A DNA stretch of 64,000 nucleotides. Origin: Schmidtea polychroa (Eukaryota). A program made the position numbers and the translations under genes. The stretch lies in NCBI GenBank assembly GCA_044892525.1, contig CM097886.1:27218001-27282000 (forward strand), in the 5' to 3' direction. This document shows, piece by piece, positions 38,460 to 50,167 of the stretch. Positions within the stretch are counted from its first letter, which is position 1. The number at the start of each line of letters is the position of its first letter. The notes beneath the pieces are model-generated. The model was not told where the DNA came from. It saw only the letters and a list, made by a program, of their open reading frames with translations, and searched no databases.

Positions 38460-39026
38460 ATGGCTGCTTTTAATGAGGAAATTTATGAAGCAAACAATAT
38501 GATCGAGGATAAATGTTCTTTTGAATCTGATAACGTCAATGGTGTTTTTGGCCAACTAATATCAAATTTATTTGGTGGATTGTTTGCCGTTGGTATTCGA
38601 GGCAATAATTGTGATGCAGTAGCTACACAAAGAAAGGTTCCAGATAAAATGATTGAGAAGAGTTCAGCTACAAGATTGTTTAATATTACTGAAAGTACTG
38701 GAGGTGTTATGACTGGTATGATCCCTGATTGTCGATCTCAAGTATGTCGTACACAAATGGAAGCAGCTCGATTTAAATATAAAAATGGATATGAAATGCC
38801 TCGTGACATAATATGTCGTTGTATTGCGGATATTAATCAGCTTTACACCCAATCGGCTGAGATGCGACCATTAAGTTGTTCAATGATGGCAATGATGGCT
38901 AGGGGTGAAGTTTTCTATTCTAGTGGTAAAAAGCCTAAAACGTCTAACACGACTGTTTCAAGCAACCGACGGTATATACCGCTTGGGTCAGACGCGTTGG
39001 TGCTGTACAAAGCGGCGAATGTATGA
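38460..39026 (+). pseudogene. PSMA6: Chimeric ORF containing a proteasome subunit alpha type-6 fragment (homology about 38574-38905)
   Basis: GGLFAVGIRGNNC..TQRKVPDKMIEKSSATRLFNITE..VMTGMIPDCRSQV.R..EAA.FKYKNGYEMP..IADINQLYTQSAEMRPL aligns by eye to PSMA6 residues ~33-137. The flanks are unrelated and there are non-conservative substitutions. Confidence 0.85.
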
Positions 39027-42000
39027 GCAAAGGTGAGCTCGCTTAATCCGACTGCTTGGCTCATATATTCCTAAACGATCAGGGCTGTCATTGGAAGGTA
39101 TTACGTCACGAATTACTATCCGACGCCCAAATCGGTGAAAAACATTTAGTCGAGGTTGGCTAACGTCAGGAGTTGGGAAGAGAAGAGTTGGAGTGCTGAC
39201 GCTTCTACCACGGACAAAATAAATTAGTCAAACACAGAAACGAAAAGGAACTAGAAATTTATTATCAGCCTAACATCAAACAAACTATGGCCAATAGAAT
39301 CCAAGAAGTTGCCTGCAGATAAAAATCCGGATCATCCAAATCGGTAGATGCGGGGGCCTGAATCGCGTGGTTTTTGTATGACCGTCATTTGAGGCGGTAG
39401 AGGGCCCAAGGTAGCCAATTTGGATAACCACCGAGCCTTTGCCCACTGTCAACACAAGCGGCGAGTCTTTGTGCGATGATTTCGAACCTTTGTGGAGGAA
39501 TCTGTCGGTGTTGAGGGAGTTATTGGGATAGATGGCGGGATCGGAGTTTTGGATGGTCAAGTAGCATCGACTGCTGGATGACTAACTGCTATATTATGGC
39601 CATGTATCGGATCTAACTCTATCAGGGCGGCTCCCTGTGGAACTCTAGCTTCGAGCTACATTGTAGTATACATTTTGAGTAATAAGTCATGCCGCCGATG
39701 GATTACAAGCCTTTAGGCTCTACTTTCTGTTACGGGCTTCTCTCTTGCTCGATCTGCTCGAAAAAAACCTTTCGTGGAGGGTGTGAGCTTTATAGGGTGC
39801 GAGCAATGTTGCTTCAACTTTTTCAGCCGTTTCTGCTCCCGCCTTAATTTCTCGCGCAACCTTTGAATCTCTTCGGCCAGTTGGATTTCTTTGTGACCTA
39901 GTTTGGTCATGCTAAACAATTACAAATTACGACTAGTAATGATTAACATTCCCCTATCACGTAATGGTGATTATCCCATCGTTGATGAGAAGTTGGCTAC
40001 GCGTGACGATATACTAGCGACAAGTGTCAATTGCGATAATGGTTGACACTTATTATGGGTGAGCCTTTAATTTGTCGTGACGAGAACATTTAGATTATTT
40101 TATTGGAAAAGGATTTCTAACTAAAATCTTTCTTTATTCATTAGTATTTATATCATTTTAACCTATTAATTACAATTGGAGAAAGTAACTTTGGCTGGAA
40201 CCTTAATTTAAATGTTTAGATAAATTTAAAGATAACTTTGCAATAACAATTTAATTCATTCCTTATTCATCGATTCATTATTCACCGAATTTAATTTGTG
40301 TATCGAAATGGTCTTGCATCTGGTGTAAATAGATGTTTATGTCGTTGGTCGATTAGATCTAATCACTAATAGAAAAGTCGGAATTAATCGGGGACGGACT
40401 TTGATCTGTTTATGAAAAATATGCTATCGGCAAGATTTCCGCCGAAAACTGTCTGACGTATTTGTGTGTGGAACTTTGGTCTGTTATATTTGTATTAATT
40501 TTTCACAACCGAAAATTTCTTGTGAGTGAGATGTGAATTCATTACTGAATCTGGAAAATGTGGTAATGACACGATTTATGGTAGATGGTGGTTCAAGTAA
40601 TTATGGTTGGGACTTTGCTCTGTGGCTGGTCTAGAATGGATACGGATGCTATAAGAGTTGTGGTTGGTGGTGGGAACTACTTATATCGAATTTTTGTTGT
40701 TCGCTTGACCAACCAGGATCAAGTTAGGGTGTATATTTTTAATTTAAAAATCCATTATTTTATTTATGAATTCCAATCACTCTGATTGGCTGTTTTCCAT
40801 TTTTTTGTTTTAATCTAATGATTTATTTTATAATTATTCTCTTTGATCCTGCTTGGTCGATACATCACTTTTTATGTACCATCTTTTCGCATAGACTCAC
40901 GGGTGTTTTTTGGATTTTTGTGTCTCTTTTTCTGCGATGATTTTTTACGTTTTATTGTTCTATCGTATGTTATGTGTGCAACTTATTGCTTTTTTATGAT
41001 TTTATTAGTTTTGTTTTATTTTATTTTTATTTCCTCGTGTTATATTTCTATTTCTGTTTATTTGATGTTTTTAATTCATTTTTATTAAACTTAGTGCTTT
41101 TTATTTGCTATTTTACATTTTACTCCTGTTTTTCTGTCATTTGAACAAACAAGATGAAGAAAGACTTATTGGAGAGATTTTCGATATATTAACTTTCTAG
41201 CCAAACAATAGTTAAGGGTATGCGAATGCTACTATCTAAGAATGGTCATGAGACCGAACGGTTAAGAAGAATTCAATTCAAGATCGTCTGGACTCTCGAG
41301 AAACCGTCACATGACTATTTCATACGACAGAGCATCCATGATTGGAATCATGTTGGTAATGGGCAGAGTCGGCGAAATCTACAAAGCAAGCGAGCCCCTG
41401 CGTTATGACTACTCATCTGTAACCTTTCTTTGTGGGTTCGTGACTTCCGTTAGAAGGTCTTATGTCGAAACAACTTCTTTTATACAAGGTTCTCTCTGTC
41501 TCATGCGCGATCGAATCCCTAAAGTGGTGACAGGAAAATACTAGGATTTCTTTGACAAAATGGGAGGGAGTAAATTAAACATTCCGCTTAGTTAAGAAAA
41601 ATTGAGTGGAAGGTCACACAAATTCCAAATACTAAAATTTTATAAAATTTTTTGTTCAAATTGTTAAGCTAGCAAATATTAGCACGAATCACATAGGGGG
41701 TTTTCCCCAGACACTGGTCTCTTCGTCCAGGTCAAACTCTGCAGTGTTGCCTATAGTCCAAAGCAGACCTGCTGGAGGGAGAGTTGATTCTTTTCTTTTT
41801 CGTTCTCTCTCCTCTTGGGTCTTCAAGGAATCTTTTGGATCAGAGGAAGTTACCACCAGCTTGGGTCTTCTCTGTCAATGTCTTGTTTTATTTGACCGAC
41901 CGAAGCCTACGAAATCCCCTTCGACAATAGGCTCTTCCTTTAAAATAAGAACTTTGGTCAATGCCAAGTCTGTTTCGTTGAAACAAACTTTGACAAAGTC

Positions 42001-45000
42001 TTCGTTTGCTTCGTTTGGCTTCTTAATGCGCATGTCTTTGGGAATTGGGATCGTAATCGTGAATTAATCATGGAATCTGTGGACAGGTGAGTCCTATGTT
42101 AAGACTACTCCCCACAGTATTCACGGTACGGGTTCCTGGGTGCCGATAGAAGGTCTTACCCCCTTTTACTCTCTGCCTCGTCCCTGGTCCAATGGGACGG
42201 CGTTCATGCTTGTACAATTTAGTGACCTTGATTCAAACACTCTTATTTGCCTTGAGCCAAACTATTGAGTAACCTGTTAAGCTCTCCAGAAACCAATCAC
42301 ACTAGAACCGGAACTATCGCTATCCAAGAGTTATCACCACTCCATATTTACAATTTTCCAAAACTCAACCTCACCTCATGGTATTACCGGTTATCGCAAA
42401 TTCATTTCACATCTGAGGACAAATGTTTCTTCATAACAGCATCAATCGCTCTTTTTAAGTTCATCTTACACGTTTCAATACTTCAGCGTCTTTAGCTATT
42501 TATACAAAGGTCTGTCGACTACATCAACGGGTGAACAAGCAAGACAAACAAAAACTCAAGCAACATTCAAGGTTTTATTACTAAATACAAAATCAGGAAT
42601 TATATCGAAAAGAGTCCGGTACTGTCATTGGTTAGGAGTTAACGCTGCTTTGGGCAATTACAGATTTAGCGGCAAATAGAGATGCCTCGAGCTCGTTCAT
42701 CTTCTCCCTCCTTTTCGCAGTTCTCTCTGCTCTAGACGGACGTTTTCGTTTTTTCAATGTGGTGTTAGTTGCTCGACTGTTATCAGTTGTCGGAAGTCCA
42801 GGAAGTGACACGCAAGGGATTTGTACAGCGAAAGAACTAGTTGCTGCTAGCCCGCTCAAAATGGGGTCTGTAATCTTTGGCAGATCTGGCCCATGTCCTG
42901 TACAATGAGATACTGTCGAGTTGTTCAGTTCACCCGCTCGATGATTAAACGGAAACATGTTCACTTCGTCCTTGATCGGATATTCACGGACTCTTCTCTG
43001 TAATTCCAACTCTGTATACAATTGATGCAGGGCCTCGGATTGGACCTTGATGGTTAATCGCTGAGTACTTTAATTTTTTCCTCTTTCATTTGTGGCGTGG
43101 AGAACCACGTGTGTTTTAGCGTTTCGATACGTTTTTTTAGAACCCCTATGTGTTCGTGTAGTTTCCTTATATCTTCGTTTTTTTCCGAGCAGGAGAAACA
43201 CGGTCTCGGCCCACGTGGCGGTAGATTGGGTTCTGACATATATACAATAGAAGAATTATTTAAAATTCGTTGATCTATCCACCTCGGCTCTACTCAGACA
43301 TTCTAGTTAATCTGCGAGACATGCATACTCCTAGAAATCATAAACGGAACAAAACGGCACTCTTTTTTATTGGGACTAACCCTAGAATTTACATCTCTAC
43401 CTGAGTTTACTGACGGGAAAGGGTTTGATCAAATAACCAGTGAGACCTTCACGGCAATAAACCGACAAATTTTAGATAGATATATATTTTCCTAATCAAA
43501 TCTCGTTATACTCTCATTGCGGTTCTCGCTAGTGTTATTAGTAAATTTGGAGAAATGAATTAATGCTGTTATGAGAATCCGGTCACTAGTTAACAATCGA
43601 TTATTTTTTTAAGAATTCCCCATATTCTACACCCGATGCCTTCGAACCCCCCCCTTTTGGATCGTTTTTGGTCAGATGAATATCTTGTTGTTCAGCTCCC
43701 CCTTAAGTAGGTATTTATCTGTACAGCTATAGTTGTTGAGTGTCATCTATTTTAATTCTTTAAATTTAAATTTTAAATGTTTCTTACAAGAATGGTGTAA
43801 GTATTATCATTTGAATTATTTGAATTTTCATTCGTATTTATTTATTCGTGTTACTAATTACGATGCACCTTTTTAAATGAGATTTACGGATATGGTCTAT
43901 TATCTGACTTCCTTTGTTTACGGGATATTCAATCATTCCTGTTACGCGACTGATGGTTTCCTACATAACAATTACCATGAGGTTATCTCGTTCGCTGACA
44001 AAATCCATCCAAGCAGGATGTCGTAAATAATGCATCTCAAAGTGACGGCGGATTCAAAGTCGACGAAGTTGGTTTCAGCAATTCGACCCGAAAATGATAA
44101 TTTGATCGTCGACTAATTTGTTTACCCTATCGGAATTATAATATCCTGTTGATCGGTACGCCTACAGCATCAAAGGTTCGTCGTTCTAATGGTTTAGCAA
44201 TGTTGATGCGAAAAATCTGTAATTTTCTGACATTTGTTGTGAATTTCTATCGTATCTATAAATCTCAAATTTCTCTCAAAGGAAATTGTATTTCTACTGG
44301 TTGGAAAATTCTATCGTTCGAATAATGAATAAAGTTTTTTATAATAGTAAGGAAAATATTCTGACTGTCTGCAACGATGGGTTCTAAATGATGTATCAAC
44401 AATGGAAAATGAAGATTTTCACTAAGTACTGACGAAACAGTTCTCTGCGCTATGACTCGAATTATGGAAAATATCGTAAGTTATGAAAGGTGTTGTCTAC
44501 ACATAATGAATATTCGCTCTGCTATCCTGCTCACACTCCGAAGATGACGACGAGGAATTGTTCTATTCGTTTACAAAACGTATCTATCCACCACGGGTCT
44601 TTCCACCTTTCACGGTCCACTCGAAAGCCACCGGTACAAGTACCGACTACTTTCGAACTACCGTGCCAGACGAATTGACCCTCTTGCCATATAGTTATGA
44701 ATTATCAAATAATCAAATACTTAAAATACCATATGAATGAATGAATAAATTCTCACTGGCGACCATATTCCTTGCCTCTGCGCACGATAATTCGGAGATC
44801 TAACTATCAACAAAATCAGGGCATTCAATTCGCAATCCTCTTTGTACGACAAACATTTTCTTTTTCGAACATCATTCAACATCATTGAAAAATTCGTAAC
44901 AATTTGGATACATAAAATGTTTCCCCATAAATCTACCAAATGGCCGGAGACCATGCGCAGTAGTCCAAGCAATATCGTCGTCAGGCATCATGAAGAGAAA

Positions 45001-45659
45001 ACCGAACTGTAATCATTAATAATATTTTGTGTAATACATTACAATGTTTCATGAATTTATAATGACATAATGCAAACAATCAAAAATTTATTTACTTTTC
45101 TTTGTAAATAGTGATTTTTGCTGAGTGAGATTAGAGAAATCTTCCTCTGTGTTTCAAAATGATGTTCTCAAAGTATTATCAAAGGTTCTTTGTGATCTAA
45201 GTCTCTTTATCGCAAATTTAATGAATTCCTGTACTAGTGGTTCCGTTTAAGTTCTGTATCGTATTGATTGAAGTTCTGAATTCCTTTAAGTAGTTAAGTC
45301 GCCCTGGATAAAATTTTTAAGAGTTAAAAGTTGGTCATTACTAAACAAATTTTACCTGGATGGAATTTTTAAAAGTTAAGCGACTGATCTAAACGGCCGC
45401 CTTATATAATATTTTTCGTCCAATCAGGACTTCGTTGGGGTGTATTTTCTATTTTTTCCTTGTTTTTTGGGTTTTTATTTGTTTTGCTCAATTTATTTAT
45501 TTATTTTATTCATTTATTTCTTTTTCTATTTTTTCCTATTTTTTAGTAAGTTTTTATTGTTTATTCCACGTATGATTGTTGTTTTAATTCTTTTGTTTTT
45601 ATTTATTAATTTTCCTATTTTCTTATTCATTCCGCTTCCCGTTATTTTGTTATTATTTT

Positions 45660-46570
45660 TGTTAGGTTCGATGGGTATGTATTCGAACTAACACAAAATG
45701 TTTTCTGACTCCAAAAAATTTATGACGCGTGTAGGTAAATAAATAACAAATATGATTTAAAGATTTATTAAAAGTAAATATATTTGTACACAATTGTTGA
45801 TATTACAAAAACAACCTAGCTGCTTCTAAAAGGACAGAAAACGGTTATACAACCCAGAAATCGGTTAACCCCTTTTAAATTACATCTACAACCAGACAAC
45901 ACAAAAAGATACGTGCTGACGTTACGATTCCCTTTATTATAATGTTTTTAGGTGATGGAATATATTTATATAAATAAATAAATATATATATATATATGAA
46001 AATCAATAAATACTAACTAATTAATTATTTAATTCCTTTAAATGGCGAGATGAACCACCGATTGGTTATAGATACTCCTACAAATTTGCTCTCTTTTTCT
46101 TCTCAATACTCCAATAGGTATTGGGTCTTAGTTATAGTGTTGCAGAAATAAAAAATTCCACGATAATTTTTGATTCTCCTTCCGATCAATAAACTAAATG
46201 TCAAAATAAATATGGAATGTCGAAAAATGTGAATTGTCCAATGAGATAGATACTAGAATTTCTCTCAGTCTAATTTTAACTATTCCTTTCTTGATCGATT
46301 CTTACGTGTACGATTTTTCTCTCTCCGTCCCTCCACTCAATTTTTCAACTAGTATTTATATTAATTTTATTTATTTTAATCTATTAATAGTAATTATTTG
46401 ATTACTATTTTTATTATAAACCTTTTTTTAGTAATTATTTATTACTACTTATATCCTAATTCTAATTTTAGTAATTATTTTTCTATTTTAGGTAATTTTT
46501 AAATACTATTTTTTATTAATTATTATTTAATTCTACAACTTTTGATTCCGGTCCCTACTGAACCCCAACA
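45660..46570 (-). repeat. 3' LTR (911 bp)
   Basis: Termini TGTTAGGTTC..GAACCCCAACA; adjacent PPT; visibly related to the solo LTR at 57650-58638. Confidence 0.85.
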
Positions 46571-46830
46571 TGTCTTCCCCCTAACAAGATTTTCGTCCCG
46601 AAAATTAAAGCGGTAAAGACAAGACCATTGCAGCTGATACATAAAAATAAAAATAATAAAAATATATGTATAATGCAAGCAAAATCAACACCAAAATCAA
46701 ATTAGTCAAATATTGTTCGTAAAGTAAATGTTTGTCAATTTGAATAACTGGATTGGATTGAATTGTCGAAGGTGCTGGGATTGAGGACGTATAGCAAATT
46801 GCTAGGTCCATTGAATACATAACCGAATTG

Positions 46831-47559
46831 CTAATATTTTCTCCTTTTCATGGCCTTGGCACTTTCGTTACGGATCCTTTGTTCTACTATGTCTGGTCTG
46901 TAACTGACCAACAAAGTCTCCCGTGTACTTACTTCTTTGTACACAATTGAGGAGATGATGTATGAGCCCTCCAATACTCCGTAATCGGGGAAATTGGATA
47001 CGGCTACTTCATGGATTGGGCCTCCGTCGTATTCCTTGATACGCGGTTTCCATTTGCTGTCGGGTCTCTGCCACCAACTAGGATCTTCTCTATCGAGATC
47101 TTCCCGAATTTTGATGGAGTTGCCCCTTTCGACGAACTCGCCTTCCTTCACGATAATAGGGTCTCCTGCAATCGTGGGTTTGAGCTTTGTTGCCAATATC
47201 TTGGTCAATGCAGGATCTGGTGGCTGATAGTGGGTTTCTAAGAGATCGTCATCCTCATCCTGGATGGATATCCTCGGCATTTTCTTTTTTGTACTCTTAG
47301 AAATCTCCTTCCTTTTTGTAGAGGTAGGGACATTTTTCTCTTTGTCCTCTTTCTGGGTGGGTTCCTTCGTTGTTTTCTTTTTGAATTTTAAATTTTGTAG
47401 CCTAAGTAGGGGTGCTACAGCTTGGGGTAATGCTCCTCCTTCTGCTCCTTGTTTGGATTCACTCAACGGGGCCAATGCTTTGAAGATCTTGGTGACCCGT
47501 TCAACTAGCTTTTCTGCCGGCGGTGATTTTTCTGTTTCCATTTTAGCCGAATTCACCAC
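46831..47559 (-). CDS. Retrotransposon accessory ORF, Lys/Glu-rich, unknown function (first ATG about 47541)
   Basis: Intact 242-codon frame between the DEDD-like ORF and the PPT; basic stretches (FKKKTTK, KKKMPR, MKRRKY); no family recognised. Confidence 0.6.
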   Translation of the reverse strand: MVNSAKMETEKSPPAEKLVERVTKIFKALAPLSESKQGAEGGALPQAVAPLLRLQNLKFKKKTTKEPTQKEDKEKNVPTSTKRKEISKSTKKKMPRISIQDEDDDLLETHYQPPDPALTKILATKLKPTIAGDPIIVKEGEFVERGNSIKIREDLDREDPSWWQRPDSKWKPRIKEYDGGPIHEVAVSNFPDYGVLEGSYIISSIVYKEVSTRETLLVSYRPDIVEQRIRNESAKAMKRRKY

Positions 47560-48629
47560 TCTACCGTCATTGGTAAGGGTGACTTGGAGGCAGTTATCAT
47601 CCGCGCTCTCGCAAGTGGTATAGTCTCTTTACCGGTGACTGCTTTTGCCAAATATGCCAAACGGTAATACCCGTTGCATTTCTTTAAGTCCCTAATTTCA
47701 AGGCATTTAGCTGCGCCTAACTCACGGATTCCGAGTGCGCGTTGCATTGGAAATCTGATTACTTCCAATAGGTCTTTTACTAACAATCCCACGATGATTT
47801 TCCAGTCGCAGATTTTCCTAATTCTTTCGGCACAGTCTTCTCCGTCAAACTGCCCGATTATTTCCCTCTCGGTCATACCATGCGCGTGCGATTGGTAATG
47901 TTTGACCTGTGCTCTGGGAGTAACTCTAGTGTTGAGGATTAGATCGCCATTGAAATGTGAGATTGAAATGCCCACAATTGCCGGTTTTAGAAATTGTGGT
48001 AGTGTAGCGTAGTGGGCTGCTACGAAGATGGTGAGGTTATCCTCTTGTCTTGGGTCCAAACGCTGTCTTACGAAAGACTTAAACGTTTTGATGTCATTAT
48101 CATTGACATTGTATGTCCAGTTTGGGTCATTGACCCATCTCGTTTGTGTTTCTCTGTGAGGTTCCAGAATTTCCATTGCTACGATGGTATCTATTCCTTC
48201 ACATAACAGTGAGATGTTCTTTTCCCTTCCATCCCCGTTTTCGATTTCCAGGGTTGTATGCTTTTGCAGCAAAATAGGGTTTGTGGCACCAGGAACATAA
48301 ACCGTAAATGGTTTGTTAATGGCGTGTATCCACAGGTGGTTGGTCAGACTATGTCTGCCAAACTCAGGCATCACCTCGGTAAGCCTAATACTAGCGTTAT
48401 GCTTGTCCGGGATTCTTGAGATAATCATTTGACGCTTTGGGGCCTCGTCAAATTTGAAATTATTGGGTATGCCTGACCAATGTCCGTAAAACCAGTGCCT
48501 TTGTCCTTTTCTGCTTTGATCCGTTACCTGCTTCTACAGGTTTTTATAGATAAGTTTTTCCTTCAGTAAGGTCGTAGCACGTATAATGCTATGTCTTCCT
48601 TGGTATTGGAATATTGGATGGCTCTGCAT
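47553..48629 (-). CDS. Retrotransposon accessory ORF with REX4/ISG20-like (DEDDh-fold) C-terminal domain lacking the catalytic acidic residues; one premature stop at 48534-48536
   Basis: ISISHFNGDLILNTRVTP..VKHYQSHAHGMTEREI..KIIVGLLVKDLLEVI..IRE..YRLAYLAKAVTG parallels REX4 VSIVN.NG..L.D.YVKP..VTDYRT.VSGI..KILVGH...NDL.VL..IRDT..SLK.LA...LG. Homolog in copy 2. Confidence 0.7.
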
Positions 48630-48958
48630 TCCTGAAATAAACCATAAAATTAACCATAATATCAGATATACCGATATGCCATAATAGGCTAAAAAGATAT
48701 GCATGAGTCTTATTATAAAAGATCTACATATGCTGAATTTTAATGCTACCTGAAGCTNNNNNNNNNNNNNNNNNNNNNNNNNNNNNNNNNNNNNNNNNNN
48801 NNNNNNNNNNNNNNNNNNNNNNNNNNNNNNNNNNNNNNNNNNNNNNNNNNNNNNNNNNNNNNNNNNNNNNNNNNNNNNNNNNNNNNNNNNNNNNNNNNNN
48901 NNNNNNNNNNNNNNNNNNNNNNNNNNNNNNNNNNNNNNNNNNNGGGAGTCTGTAATTG

Positions 48959-49877
48959 TCATAATTGCGACATCAGTACTCCATCGTAAGCCCTTATGGC
49001 TTGTCTAAAATATAGCTTGGTCCAAATACCCATAACTATCAATGTGGTTATTAGCGATAGTACGGCCGATACTGTAATCCATACCCCTATGGGTATTTTC
49101 AGAATATATCCTGCATTAAAGTTTGTGATGGCATTATAATCACAACAGTTTGTCGGGTTTGGGGTCGTTTGGCAAGATATTTGTTTGATAGGTGGCAATT
49201 GTCTAAGATGTTGCCACATCGCGGGATGTATCACCATGTTCTCCCTGACTACTTTTGGTGGTATTTTCGTTATAACTGGCTTTTCAGAGGTAATATCTCC
49301 TCGAATACCTCGAACCACTTATCGTCCTGCCGTTTCCTCGGACTATAGTATATAACTAGAACCGAATATTCTACGGACTGATTTAGATACATTTCTTCAG
49401 AGGGAGAGTTCTGGTCTAACCATAATGTTTCTCTCGTGGTTGCTCCGTCTATAATACTGACTTTCAGCTTCTCCTCCCTGCTAATTTGCTGGCTAAACTT
49501 TACTTTATCCTTTTCGTAGGATATCGATATACGTTTTGTGAAATCCGCCGTCCTTAGGATCCAATTTGATACGTGATATGTATACCAACCACTCTGATAT
49601 AACCTTGATGCTGCGATATGCAGTTTATAATCCGTCTCGGCTTTTAAATCATATAAATCCCACTCTTTTTCTTCTGAATTGAGTTGGCGGATCCGCAAAT
49701 ACTTGTTGTAAAAATGTAAATTGTGAGTATGCTAATTCCGTGATACGTTCTTATAAAATGTAAGTGTTCCACTTGCATAGCCATAGGCTGAAAATATGCC
49801 TTTTTATCCCTTTTTGCCATTGCCAAAGTCATCATACAGCTTATTATCAACAAAAAGGTTACTAATTTTGGAACACC
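48959..49877 (-). CDS. env-position ORF: signal peptide + FN3-like ectodomain + transmembrane helix + short tail; in frame with integrase, two frameshifts
   Basis: After RYPLRSR comes GVPKLVTFLLIISCMMTLAMA (signal-like), then LYDLKAETDYKLHIAAS and LNQSVEYSVLV (FN3-like E-F strand motifs), then IPIGVWITVSAVLSLITTLIVMGIW (TM) and RQAIRAYDGVLMSQL*. Confidence 0.7.
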
Positions 49878-50167
49878 CCGTGATCTCAATGGGTATCGGT
49901 GTTCTTGTGCTTCTTCGGTAGTGTTTGGTTTCACCTGTTTCTCTAGTGCTTTTACTTTTGAATTTCCAGAGATCCCCTTTGTTGGGATTTCGCACTTTTT
50001 ACACCGATTAGCATGTACCATTATTGGTTCTGCTTTTTGATTGGCAACAAGTTGTAGTATGAGGTTTGTATCTGTAGTTCTCAATATCTCATATGACCCT
50101 TTGAAATTCCGCATGAGTTTTGGTGATAAGCCTTTCTTGTTATAATGACTTTCAATTAAGTCGTGTT

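Larger units (their letters stand above)
45660..50155 (-). mobile_element. Ty3/Gypsy element copy 1: 3' half with integrase C-terminus, accessory ORFs, PPT and 3' LTR; 5' part replaced by an hAT
   Basis: Integrase tail KGLSPKLMRNFKGSYEILR..VHANRCK; polypurine tract (minus strand AGGGGGAAGACA, about 46571-46582) abutting the LTR; homologous second copy at 53420-55210. Confidence 0.9.

Noticed and set aside
45440-45691. Phe/Leu-rich membrane-like ORF
   Set aside because: Low-complexity T-rich DNA.
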